Of a stretch of 64,000 bases of DNA, positions 53,142-64,000 are shown one piece after another. Numbering within the stretch: position 1 is the stretch's first letter; each line of letters starts with the position of its first letter. The position numbers were made by a program, and so were the translations under genes. This DNA is from Paramecium tetraurelia (lineage: Eukaryota), in contig CT868207.1 in the NCBI GenBank assembly GCA_000165425.1, forward strand, positions 434,001-498,000. Direction: 5' to 3'. The notes beneath the pieces are model-generated. The model was given only the letters and a program-made list of their open reading frames with translations. It did no database searches and had not been told where the DNA came from.

Positions 53142-53779
53142 ATGAAAAGTAAAGACATGGATGCTCCTCCACTTAGTGAAGATGAATTAAATGAAATTTA
53201 CAATTGGGTTGATACTGTACCATTATCCAGACCCAAAAAACACATAGGAAGAGATTTTGCAGATGGAGTTTTAATTGCGGAAATTATTTAACACTATGTC
53301 CCTTCCATAATTGATATTCACAACTATAGTTTAGCTCATTCTGTTTAATAAAAGTAATATAATTGGAACACTTTGAATGCCAAGGTACTATACATCCTGA
53401 TTTATAGGTGTTTAGAAAGATGGGATTCTAAATTACCTAGAAAGATATTGATGCAGTCATTTAAGTAATCCCTGAAGCAATAGAGCGAATCTTAAAAGTG
53501 ATCCAAGTGAAATTAGATATGTTTTTGGAACACTCAGAACAAAATTAAGTGTAAAAATAAGAAAAGCCAAATGAAATTTCAAAAAATTAAAATTAAGTTA
53601 ACCATTCAAAACCAGTTGTCAACAATAAATAAAATGATAAAGATTTAGTTATTTAAGATTAAAAGGAAACAATAGAAATACTTGAACTTAAAATATAGAA
53701 ATTAGAATAATTAGTGAAATTAAAAGACAGTAAAATATAATAGTTAACTTAAAAACTATAATAAGCAGGAATAAAATGA
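53142..53779 (+). CDS. SPEF1: SPEF1/CLAMP-like calponin-homology ciliary microtubule protein
   Basis: IYNWVDTVPLSRPKKHIGRDFADGVLIAEII...HNYS...KQYNWNTLNAKVFRK; C-terminal coiled coil ETIEILELKIQKLEQLVKLKD. Confidence 0.93.
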
Positions 53780-53795
53780 TATAGTTACTCATATA

Positions 53796-54470
53796 TCATC
53801 CACATAAATTTTAGAAATAATTTTTCTCTGTGTCACTTTTACTACTATCTGTCTCACTTTTTTAAAGACCATTTTCTTAATCAATAATTTATTACTAATT
53901 TCTTTTTATATTGTTTTGTAGTTCTTCTTCATCTGGAGTTAGATCCTAAGGCTGATTTTACATTTTCTGAAAAATTGACATCCTTTATTTTTTTATTGGT
54001 TCTTGTTATTCTGAATTTTTTGTAATTAATGGAGAACTTTAAGGAGTTGTATTAGGTGTTCGCCTTTATTTTATTGAATTCATTTCTATACTCATTTTTT
54101 GGAGTATTCCATTACATTTATCATCTTCCTAATTGGATTGATCAACATTTGAGGTAGTATTGAATGTCATGGTGCTGGATTTATTTGGTCGCCTCTTGGG
54201 TTTTTGATAAAAATGTTCTAATTTTTCTAAAGGATCTGTTTTCATCTTTAGACCCAATTATTTGAGATAAGAAACAATAATTTGCTCCTTTTTTATCCAT
54301 TCATTTTCAGGATGCTAATTACTCATTATTACCATTTCGAAAGAATCATCATTCTGTTGATTTGAAGTATATAGATTTTATCCATCATTATAGTTTGAAT
54401 TCTCTTAATGAACCTCTTTTTCAGCCATAATTGCGTTTTCTGACGAATTAATTGTTGTTTCACATGACAT
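53796..54470 (-). CDS. Hypothetical protein (224 aa)
   Basis: 675-nt intronless ORF, MSCETTINSS... to NYFQNLCG*. Confidence 0.68.
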
Positions 54471-54837
54471 ATATTAACCTATATTCATACAATGTAAAAA
54501 CTCTTGAATGATGAATGAATTTTAATATATTTATTAATATCAATAAACCTTACACAAACAATGCTGAAAATTACTGCAAAATTCAGAGCTTTAGTGATTG
54601 AGATGCAAATTCAACTTGAGTGAAAATAATATTGGATTTAAACACTAATTTTATATATATGATGTCTCCTAAAAGTAAGAGATTTGCCGTAACCGAGACT
54701 CAACCTACTTACTAATAATAATTGAGATTGTCAAGAGTGTCAATATTATTATTTTAAAAATTACATTAATTGAAATAATTAAAATTACAAATAATATGGT
54801 AATTTTCGAAGGTTTCAAAGAGATGTATTAGAAAAAC

Positions 54838-55431
54838 TCATAGGTCATCTGACGGTTCCACTTCCCATCCAGTCGCTCCAAATCTCTCTTATATGGCGAT
54901 AAGGGACTTGACCTTTATTTTTGCATTGTTGGGACTAGGTTAATTAATTGAACTATTAATTGTATATTAAGTCTCAGCTCTTTGCTTTCTTACGAGTTTC
55001 CTTTATGGATAAATAGATCTTTGAAAAGGGAAAATCAGAGTATCGCTCTACTCCTTCTAAGAACAAGCCGATTGAAAGATCTAAGGATTGCCATAATTAA
55101 TATTGTCTAATTGTTTCGAGTATTTTTAGAACACCAATTTAGTTGGCATTTGATTATTGTCATCAGCAATCGAGCTACATCTAGTTTTAATGGTGTCGAA
55201 AAATTTGCTTTTAGAGGGAGAGGGTTTCTTTTCTGATTCCAATTAACTTTTTGCAAAGATTAAGCTTCGTTTTCTCATTTTAATTCGATCTGATTCTTCA
55301 GGCATTTAGTATTTCATCTTGAGCAAGGCCATTCGAGTTGACTTTTTAAGCAGTTCTAAATTGATAGCACAATTAAATCTAAATCCCATTGTTTTCTAAT
55401 TTGGAGAAACCTTATTGCTTTTCTAATTCAT
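54838..55431 (-). CDS. Hypothetical protein (197 aa)
   Basis: 594-nt intronless ORF, MNQKSNKVSPN... to GATGWEVEPSDDL*. Confidence 0.68.
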
Positions 55432-55520
55432 TGTTGAATAATATTTATTTATTTCTTATTGTATTATTATTATAATAAAAATAAAAAACATATTTATGAA
55501 TCAAATTCTAATAAATCTTA

Positions 55521-57152
55521 TCATTTCATTGACACATTCACTTTCCTAAACTTAGTCTTTGCAACCTATTCCTCTGCTATATTGCGCAAAATAGATTTAT
55601 TGTGCAACAATTCCAAATTTGTCATTTTCTCATGAGCACTCTTATTTCTACTCTATTCAATTTATTTCTTTATATCCTCTTAGTTTTATTTATAATTATT
55701 TTTGATATACTATTATAAATTACAATACATACAAGTTATTTTGCTTTTTCTTTTTATGTGTAATTCATAAGTTCTAATTTTTGTTGTAGCAATAACAATT
55801 TTTATTCTTCCTCTTCTGATAACTTCTTTTATTATTTCTGTTGAATTTACAATTACAATTATTGTTTCACTAGATCCATTTTTTCTTTTTCTTTTTATTT
55901 CTTATATTACTATTATTATCTATCTTATTCCTCTTGTTTTTTTAATTACTCCAACATATACTTTCCTTCATTCTCTTCATTTTCCTTTTACTTAGTCAAT
56001 ACCTAATGACTGTAATTACTCATGAACTATTTAATTTTGTCATCCCTCTCCCTCTTTTATTATTCTCTCCTTTCATCATCTTATATCAGTTTCTATAATT
56101 ATTATTATTACAATTTAGTATCATTTTCTTTCTAGAGTTTAAGTTCCTCTTATGCCTTTAATTATTATTTTTGTAATTTACTTTTTGACGTAATTATTCA
56201 TTTTCTTTCAAAATCTACTAAAATTTATCCTTTTATTGTTATCTTTTTTTATTTAATTCTTGGGATTCTCTACTTATTTCAAACTTTAGCTATTAAAGCA
56301 TCTCATCATCTTACAATTTTGATTACTTGTAATTTTCCCTTCTAATCTAATAAATATAAGAATTACTTCTTATGCTTTTCTTATTAAACTTACTCATCCC
56401 TTAACTTTTTTTCTTCTAATTGCTTAAGTTTGATCAATTCTTTCTTCTATTTTTCAAATTACTCAAACTCCTATTTCCTTTATTGATTCAATTGTGTAAA
56501 TTTGGCTTCTTTCATTTCTTCTTCCTTTTTTAACTCTGCCTTCTCTTTTAATTGTTTATCTAAATCATCCTTTAACTTCTATCTCAATTAGAGTTCTCTC
56601 TATTTTCTTTCTTCCTATTCCTTTTAATATAAAGCTGTATCATATTTAATAATCGCTGCCCATTCATCTTATTCATCATCATCCAATTGATAAACAGATT
56701 TCTATTTATTATCAGATGTTAATGAGTCTAACCTTGCAATTTCTATAGGGTTATTCCTTCTCTAAGTATTTTATTGTTCTAGTCCCTAAGTTAGAGCTTT
56801 TGTATTTTATTTAGAGTTATTTTCATTTTTTTGTTTATCATCCATATTTTGTAACTATTGACTATTAGACTGTTATTTTAAGGTTTTTATTATAGCTTCC
56901 TTTTCTATCTATTGCTTCTTGACTGCCTCTTGTATCTCTGCTTTCAAAGCTCTTACACCACTTTCATTAAACGAAGAGTATTTGGAATTATAATCACGCA
57001 CATAGCAAGTAATTAACTTATTTACATTTATTTATTACTTCCTTATCTATTGGCTTTTAACCAAATTCACTTAAGAGTTTATTGAGAATGAAATCAGAAA
57101 TATTGGAAGATTGCTTCTGCTTGTCCTACTTTTTTAATTATCTTGGATACAT
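55521..57152 (-). CDS. Charged coiled-coil protein (trichohyalin/TPH-like, possibly ciliary)
   Basis: DDDEQDEWAAIIKYDTALY followed by long E/K/Q/R runs; ends KFRKVNVSMK*. Confidence 0.75.
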
Positions 57153-57220
57153 GTATATTATTATGTAAATTATTGAAAGAATTTTACGTATAAAACTATG
57201 AAATGTAAATAATACAAAAC

Positions 57221-59162
57221 TCATTACTAAATCATTAAATTTTCGATGAGATTTACAAAATTTCTTTATACACTTTCTAGAACTTTATTCTAATCCACAA
57301 CATAATGTCTTTTTTCATTCTCAATGTTTCTGTGTGTAATCTTCATTAAATTAAATGACTACCAGAATTTTATTCTTCATTTATGTCTTTATATGATATT
57401 TATAGTCCATTAATTTTTTTAATTTTGATTATATGTCCACATAGGTCTTCTTCTTTAATCTGATATCAATTTACTGATCTAAAGGCAATTTATATATTTA
57501 AGGATTCTCAATAGGGTTTTCATCATTCTAACCACTTATCACTCCAAGATCAGACAAAATAAAGGGATTGGTTTTATATTTAATATCATGAAAGATATCT
57601 TAAGGATGTATTTTTTTATTTCTTATAAAATCAAAGCATTTACTTTCTGATTTAACTTTTATATTATTATCATAGATTTATACATGAATGTTTTGGAGTG
57701 TAAATTTCAACTTCAAATTCTTACGTCGATAAAATTTCCTATTAAATTTTTAGTCCGTCCACTTACATTGCAGAAAACATTTTCACATGTGGATTTGATT
57801 CAAAGACTGAGCTTCTTCTGGTAGATGAAACCTTGGATTCATTAATTGTCCTGGGATTGCTCATAGTAGGAGATTCATTCTAGATTTCTTATTATGAAAT
57901 TGACAATATATCTTAAGGAAGGGGCAGATTTAATCTATTCAAAAGTGGAGTATTTATAGTTTCAGCATAATTTCTGGTGAAATTTTTACTTAAGAAGATT
58001 TTGAGAGTATCTGAACTCATTTGACGTAAGGGAGAACTCTCTATCTCATAGTCATAGGTTATGGCTCTTTCATGATAGAATTTAGTCTTGATAAGTTGAA
58101 ATAGTACTTTTTCGATGTCTCCAAGATAATAATAGCAAACTCCCAGTTTCGAATAAACTTCATTTTCATAATCTAAGTCATTATTTAACCATGAATATTG
58201 TAGACATTTCTTAAAGAATTTGATTCCAATCTCATACTATTGCATTTTGATTGAGCAATTCCCAAGTCCAATCAAAGATTTCATTTTATATTTATCCATT
58301 GTTTATTTTGCATAATTGGCCATGATTCTGGTTTAATTATGATAGAAGATGGCCCAATCAAGCTATGATGTTGATTCAAGCATGGAGGCAGAAAAACTAA
58401 GAGTTTCAATTAACGCAATAGGTGATAGAGTTCCTATGGAGAACGTTAAAATTTGTTATGAAAAATCAATTAGCTAATTGAAATAGGATTATTACTTGGG
58501 TTTCTGCTTTGGATTTGATCAGGTCAATCAAATATTTTTGTTACTTGTAAAGGTAAAATAGATAATTTTTTAATCCGATATTGGATATATTCAATATTTT
58601 AAAATAGATAACTTATTGCTTGACTTGAGGATCGAATTTCATTCTTCTTTTCACTTCTTAAGAATCAATATTCTCTTGAGTAACAATTAATTATTTCTAT
58701 TGGGATCTGCTCCCCTATTGAAAGAGTCTGTTTTATAAGGCTGGGATGGCGTTTCTATTGGTTTCTTAAGGAGACTAGTCTTATCTGTTATCTAGACTAA
58801 ATTGAGAGTCTACTCTCCTTATCAGATCGTTTTTGTTTGAATGAAAGGTCGATCTCACTTTAATTTGACCTCTGAAAGCCGAGCTTGAACCTGAGTCATA
58901 TTCTGCTTCATTCATTCTATGAGTAAAATATCCAGTGCGTTGTGATGTGTTACAGGTTGTTCCACTTTGTAGTCTCGATTATTGGGATAGTGACTATTGG
59001 GATTTTTGCGATTGTTTTATGAGGACATTCTTTAATCTATCCGAGATTATTCAGCAATTCATACTTTTAAGAGTCTGCTAATTTGAATTAGACTGCACTC
59101 CTGAGACGTTTTTCTGAACTATCATTGGTTTTTAATTTTAGAGCAGACGAAATTGGTCTCAT
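57221..59162 (-). CDS. TPR-containing protein
   Basis: KSLIGLGNCSIKMQQYEIGIKFFKKCLQYSW...VYSKLGVCYYYLGDIEK TPR motifs; ATG 59162; TGA at 57221-57223. Confidence 0.78.
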
Positions 59163-59211
59163 CCCTTTTATTATATTATATTATTAGGTCAATTATTTAT
59201 TATTCGTGATT

Positions 59212-59923
59212 ATGATTTCCAAGAGAGCTTTAAATAAAGGGCCTCAAAGTTTCAAAGTGCACATAAGAAGATTGCCTCCACTTTTAAGAGAAGAAGAATT
59301 CTATGCAACTATCTAAGAATATTTGAATGACATTGTGATGAAATATTATGTGAAAGGCAAATTGAAGTAACAATTCCATCCATTATAAGAGAGTAAGAAA
59401 AAATAGATTCGAGGTGCTATTTATTTTTCAACTGTGATGCTGCCATGAGTCGATTCATCCAAGGATACAAGAAGGTATTCTGCGATGAAAAAGGCATCTA
59501 TTATTAACCAGACATAGGAAAGGCTTTGCTTCAGAATCAATAGGATCATCTGAGAAATAAACCCAAACCATTGGAAGGCGAATATTAGAAAACAGAACTC
59601 TACAAGAGATTTTTGAAGTTTTTAGAGGAGGAATAACTCTAATAATAAGAAATGGAAAACGCATAGACTCAATAATTAAAGGAAGAGCCAATTAATCCAG
59701 AAGATAAACCAAAGAAATTTGAGAAAGTTAAAACTCATATCATTATGGAATTAGAGAAAGAATACTAGAAAAAGAAGGAATTGAAGACTTAAATAGACAA
59801 TTTGACAACCACAAAAAACATCATCAAATTAAAATGCGAAGAGGATGGGAGAATCATTGAAAGAACGTTTGTAATTAAATAGATTATTAATTATAGATTT
59901 TCGTACCTAAGGCAAAAAATTGA
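59212..59923 (+). CDS. UPF3: Nonsense-mediated decay factor UPF3 (Smg-4/UPF3 family)
   Basis: KVHIRRLPPLLREEEF...YYVKGK...SRCYLFF...VFCDEKG...LEGEYQKTELYKRFL matches the UPF3 RRM-like domain; two introns; TGA at 59921-59923. Confidence 0.85.
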
Positions 59924-59995
59924 ATGTGAATTAAATTAACAATCAAATATTAGTAAATAATTGAATGATCATTATATAAAACAAAGTCATATTAA

Positions 59996-61534
59996 TCATT
60001 CATTTCTTTCTTAGATAACCATCAATCCATTTTAATTTTACTATTTGTATTCCCCCTTTTTTAAGACTTAATTTTCTGGATTATTAGGCTTCTCTTATTC
60101 TGCAAACTTTTCTAATGCTTACTCGTTCAAATCCTCTCTACACATCGGGCAAGTCTCATGCTTCTTCTCCACCATCCATTAATGCAAACAATCGGCATGG
60201 AATACATGAACACAAGGAGTTACTCTACAAATTGCCCCTTCATCATATTCTATTAAGCAAACAGTGCAAGCTTCAAATTGCTTAGGGTCTATCCTCCTCT
60301 CCTTAATCTTTGGATGATGACTTAAATTCTTCCATAGAATCTTCCTCATATAATGATCAAGCTATTATGAATTTATGCCATTCTTTTATCCTCTCCTTTG
60401 TTATTATGATAATTATTATTAATTTAACTGAATCTCATTTTAAACTCTATTCCTCTGTCTATATCTTATTAATGTAACTATAATCCAAGTAAGCACTAAG
60501 ACCACAGCTAGAGAAACTAAGAAGTAAATCAGCATTAAGTTTGTATTCAACGATGAATCATCGGGTGGAATACTGATATTAAAATAAAATTGGCAGGTAT
60601 CGGGAGCTACAATTGTTATTAAAAGACGCTCAAACCTAAATAGATTATAACAAAATTATACCTATTTAAATCTGGATTCTTATTCAATTCAGAAAGAGGA
60701 ACATTGGCGTATTTAGATTTTTAATCTGAAGAAAATGAGGTCTTATAATTATTTATATTTGGAGTGGGTACTCCAAATTTAAAGTTTTCATACATGAGAT
60801 ATACAATGATTGAAGAATAATCTGAAATTAGCGTATTTTAAATTCCTACTTCTAATATAATACCTTCTAATTGTATTGTTTATTCAAAGTAAAGATATCC
60901 TGTTCCACTTATTGTGACGTTTTCCAACTTTATATCTTCTGGTATTTTTATTGCCTTTTTGGAACAATCCAAATCGATACTGTCTTAATTGCAATCACAT
61001 GTACCTGAATTACAGAAGCCATTTAAAGGGTAATTGCAATTTTTAGGACATGGAATAGTATCACTCTTCTTTATTCCAATAAAATATTAATAAGTTGTTT
61101 CATTCTCCATTTTTAAATTAGTTATATAAAATTTATCACCTGATCTAAATGAATTAGCTGGTATTATTATGTTGTGATAATTCTTTTTTAGAGAATAACC
61201 ATTAGCATCTATATATGCCGCACTTATTGTTTTGTTTTAGATTGTAGTAAGATTGTTTTTACTTATAGCAAATACCAAGTTGACTTCACCATCTCCAGGA
61301 GCTGTGATATACAACCTTTAATTGAACATAAAATTACTCTACTTAAATATATTTCTAAGTGTCAACAGATGTAACTTAAAAGAACATTGTTCCATTTTCT
61401 ATTTCCTATATCACATCATATAATTGAGAACTTTCCAATTCAAATAATTCTCCATTTTGCAAGTAATCCTAGTTGATATTTATCGTTTATTATCCTAAAG
61501 TAGTTATAAAAAAGTAAAATAAAATGAGAATCAT
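59996..61534 (-). CDS. Type-I membrane E3 ligase: signal peptide, EGF-like domain, TM helix, RING-H2
   Basis: MILILFYFFITTLG; CPKNCNYPLNGFCNSGTCDCNQDSIDLDC; TM LIYFLVSLAVVLVLTWIIVTLI; CTVC...CVHVFHADC...CPMCR. Confidence 0.9.
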
Positions 61535-62288
61535 TCCTTTTATTAATAATTTATTATCAATATAATTATGAGTTATTTCAAGTATTTCTAATTGAATTCC
61601 CTATTCCATTTGATCAATCGTCACCATCCTAAAATCCAATAGACCATCCAAACCTATAAAATCAACTCCATCTTACATTTCTATAAATAGTTTTATTGAA
61701 TTTGTCAAATCATAAAAAAAGATGATTAAAAATATTAAGGAATTTTAATTAACTATTAAAATTAATTAATCCAATTACTCAATTATTAATATCTCAATTT
61801 ATTAATTAATCTGATTTCTAAAATTAAAACCCTAGATAAGCTTCCTGAGTTTATTAGGTCTCTATGAAAAGCCCAATACAATTAATCTTACTTAACTCAT
61901 AAGGTTATGATGCCCTTATTGAAAAAAAAGCAGAAAGAATAGTTCAAATCTTACTGAATTTTAGTTAAAATTAGAATATTTTGGAATATAGTTCAACAAT
62001 CAAATTAACATAATTAAAATAACGACAATGGTAAAAAAAAACCGCGAAAAATAATTTAATGAGTAAGTGTTTATTTTATTCCAATTTAAAGAAACTCATA
62101 TTGTTTACTACTCTCCTGTCTGTTAAAATACTTGTGAATCCAAAAAAATTGGATAAATATTTTATTAGATATTTTAGTATAATAATTATATTTCAGTCAT
62201 CAAAATTTACAACTAAGTTTTAGTTAAAAAATTTTGTTAGTATTTAAGATGAGACAGAGCATGGAAATATTAATTAATTTGTTTGTAA

Positions 62289-64000
62289 ATGAATCAAAGA
62301 ACACAAGAAATATAACTTAAAACTAACTATCATGAAATTAGCTTACTTGCAGGAAGACCAATCTATGAGTATGAATTAGAGATTATAAACTCAACTCCAG
62401 AATTAATCCAAGCAGCTTTTAGATAATATAGACCATAAATTTTATAATTGTTAACGAACTATATGAGTATTGATAATAAAATCTACTCGCCTAAAATAAT
62501 TGATGGAATTGAAAAAACAAGATCAAACCATTTGGGAACTTTACAAAATCAGGAAGAAGCTGAGTAAATAGTATCAATTAAGTTTATTAATCGATTAAGT
62601 GAGAATCATATAAGCAAGAACTAAATAATAGCTAGATTAATAAAGTAAGTAGTGAGAAATCAATTCTAAATGGTTTCTATAGGAAAAACTGGGAGTAAAT
62701 TATTTTGGAATTCAAAAACTATAAAATAATAAGAGAACAACTTAGAAGTATAATATGTTTATAGTTTTAGATTTGGCCAGGAGTCGAATGCATTTATTAA
62801 CCAAGTGCCTTTTAAAATTTTAAGCCTAAACTAATAATCGATTGTGCATTTAAAATTCTAAGATACAGAACTGCCTTAGAGGAATTAGACTCATTAAAAC
62901 CACATACTGAATTGATTATTGGTTAGATTGTGATGACGACCTATAATAAAAAATTTTACTAAATTTCTGGTTTAGAAATAGGAATGAATCCCAAATCAAC
63001 ATTTCAAAATTAAAATGGCGAAGCTATCACTTTTGAGAGTTATTATAGTACAAAGTATAATTAAAAAATCATTCCAAATTAACCTTTATTAAAAGCAATT
63101 GTGACTGGAAAAAAGGATGAAAGTCAAAAGGAGATATATTTAATTCCTTCTCTTTGCTAAATGACTGGGTTGACTGATGAAATGAGAAATGTAATTTGAT
63201 CATATAATTTTTAGAACTTCAATGCAATGAAAAAAATATCAGAAATAACTAAACCATCAGCTGACACTAGAATGAGAACTGCATAAGATTTTATTTAATA
63301 ACTTCAAGCCACAAAAATTATTAATAAAAAGGAAAATACCTCAAAGGAAGTTTTAAAAGAATGGGGATTAGAGATTAAAAAAGACTGCATTTAAGTCTAA
63401 GCTCAAAGGCTTGACCCTGGAAATATGTTGATGGGCAGAGATTTAAAATTAAATTTAAGAGATAGCAATACAAATTTAGAAAGACAAACACAAACTTAAA
63501 TGTTTTACACCCCTCCATAAAAACTGATTACAGGAATTATTTACAATTCAAAATTTGGCTAATAAAATTTAAAATCCTTTTTATAACATTTTAAATCGGC
63601 TTGTTAGGAATTTCAATTTGATGCGTTTTTAACACCAAAAGCCAAAGAGATGTAAAATGATAAAGAAGATGAATTGTCACGACAATTACGAGATCTTAAG
63701 TTGGAGGCTGATTAAAATTAATCACGAGTTAACTTTTTAATATTTTTGTTACCAGGTTAAAAGAAAAAGGCAAGGTTGTATAAGGCTTGTAAAGTAATCT
63801 CTATGGCTACTTTTGGTTGTGCATCTTAAGTAATTGTCGAAAAAACCTTATAAAGAAATACAAGATCAATTGTAAATAAGATTTTAATTTAATTAAATGC
63901 AAAGATTGGAGGAACTCCATGGGCATTGGATGGCATGCCAGATATGTTTACAAATTAACCTACAATGATTTGTGGAGTTGATATTTTTACAAAGGCTGGA
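62289..64000 (+). CDS. PTIWI: Piwi-clade Argonaute (Ptiwi), 3'-truncated by window edge
   Basis: N: LKTNYH. L1: LEIWPG. PAZ: IVMTTYNKKFY...YYSTKY...QPLL...YLIPSLCQMTGLTDEMR. MID: LYKACK...SQVI...KILIQLNAKIGG. PIWI start: TMICGVD. Introns 62748-62770 and 63191-63214. Confidence 0.96.

Noticed and set aside
54505..54570. ATGATGA...CTGA resembling a C/D-box snoRNA
   Set aside because: No convincing terminal stem or recognisable guide, the interior is promoter-like AT sequence, and both short motifs are common here. An Rfam or snoRNA scan would settle it.
54659..55024. Plus-strand ORF MMSPKSKRFAVTETQ... overlapping the minus-strand gene
   Set aside because: With a single stop codon, ~120-codon ORFs arise easily by chance; there is no motif support.
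39880..64000. YTH, UPF3 and Piwi as a possible RNA-surveillance gene cluster
   Set aside because: They are spread over ~24 kb, on both strands and among unrelated genes; nothing in the sequence indicates co-regulation.

Overview
This is very AT-rich, gene-dense eukaryotic DNA with the hallmarks of Paramecium macronuclear sequence (probably the aurelia complex; inferred from sequence features only). Conserved motifs read through TAA/TAG as Gln and only TGA stops (ciliate code, table 6). Introns are about 20-30 nt GT..AG and many intergenic gaps are 10-150 nt. The supplied ORF track treats TAA/TAG as stops, so it shows only fragments and antisense shadows; all gene models here were re-translated by hand with table 6. 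About 33 genes or gene remnants tile the window. They include a Ser/Thr kinase, a disrupted trichocyst-matrix-like gene, an SMP lipid-transfer protein, a TGH-type MAP kinase, a hybrid histidine kinase, a sorting nexin, an ~2540-aa ankyrin-WGR-PARP, an ABC1/ADCK kinase, a YTH protein, an AIFM2/FSP1-like oxidoreductase, a metallophosphoesterase, MORN, B-box, cNMP-binding, SPEF1, TPR, UPF3 and EGF-TM-RING genes, and a 3'-truncated Piwi gene. The most unusual items are an FG-nucleoporin-like low-complexity insert inside the giant PARP, a YTH protein with a C-terminal Q/Y tail and a stopless 3n intron, a TM/coiled-coil/SMP architecture, divergent start codons only 10 nt apart, and several single-base frame disruptions. 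No rRNA, tRNA, CRISPR, transposon or telomeric repeat was recognised. No database searches were run; family calls rest on motif recognition.
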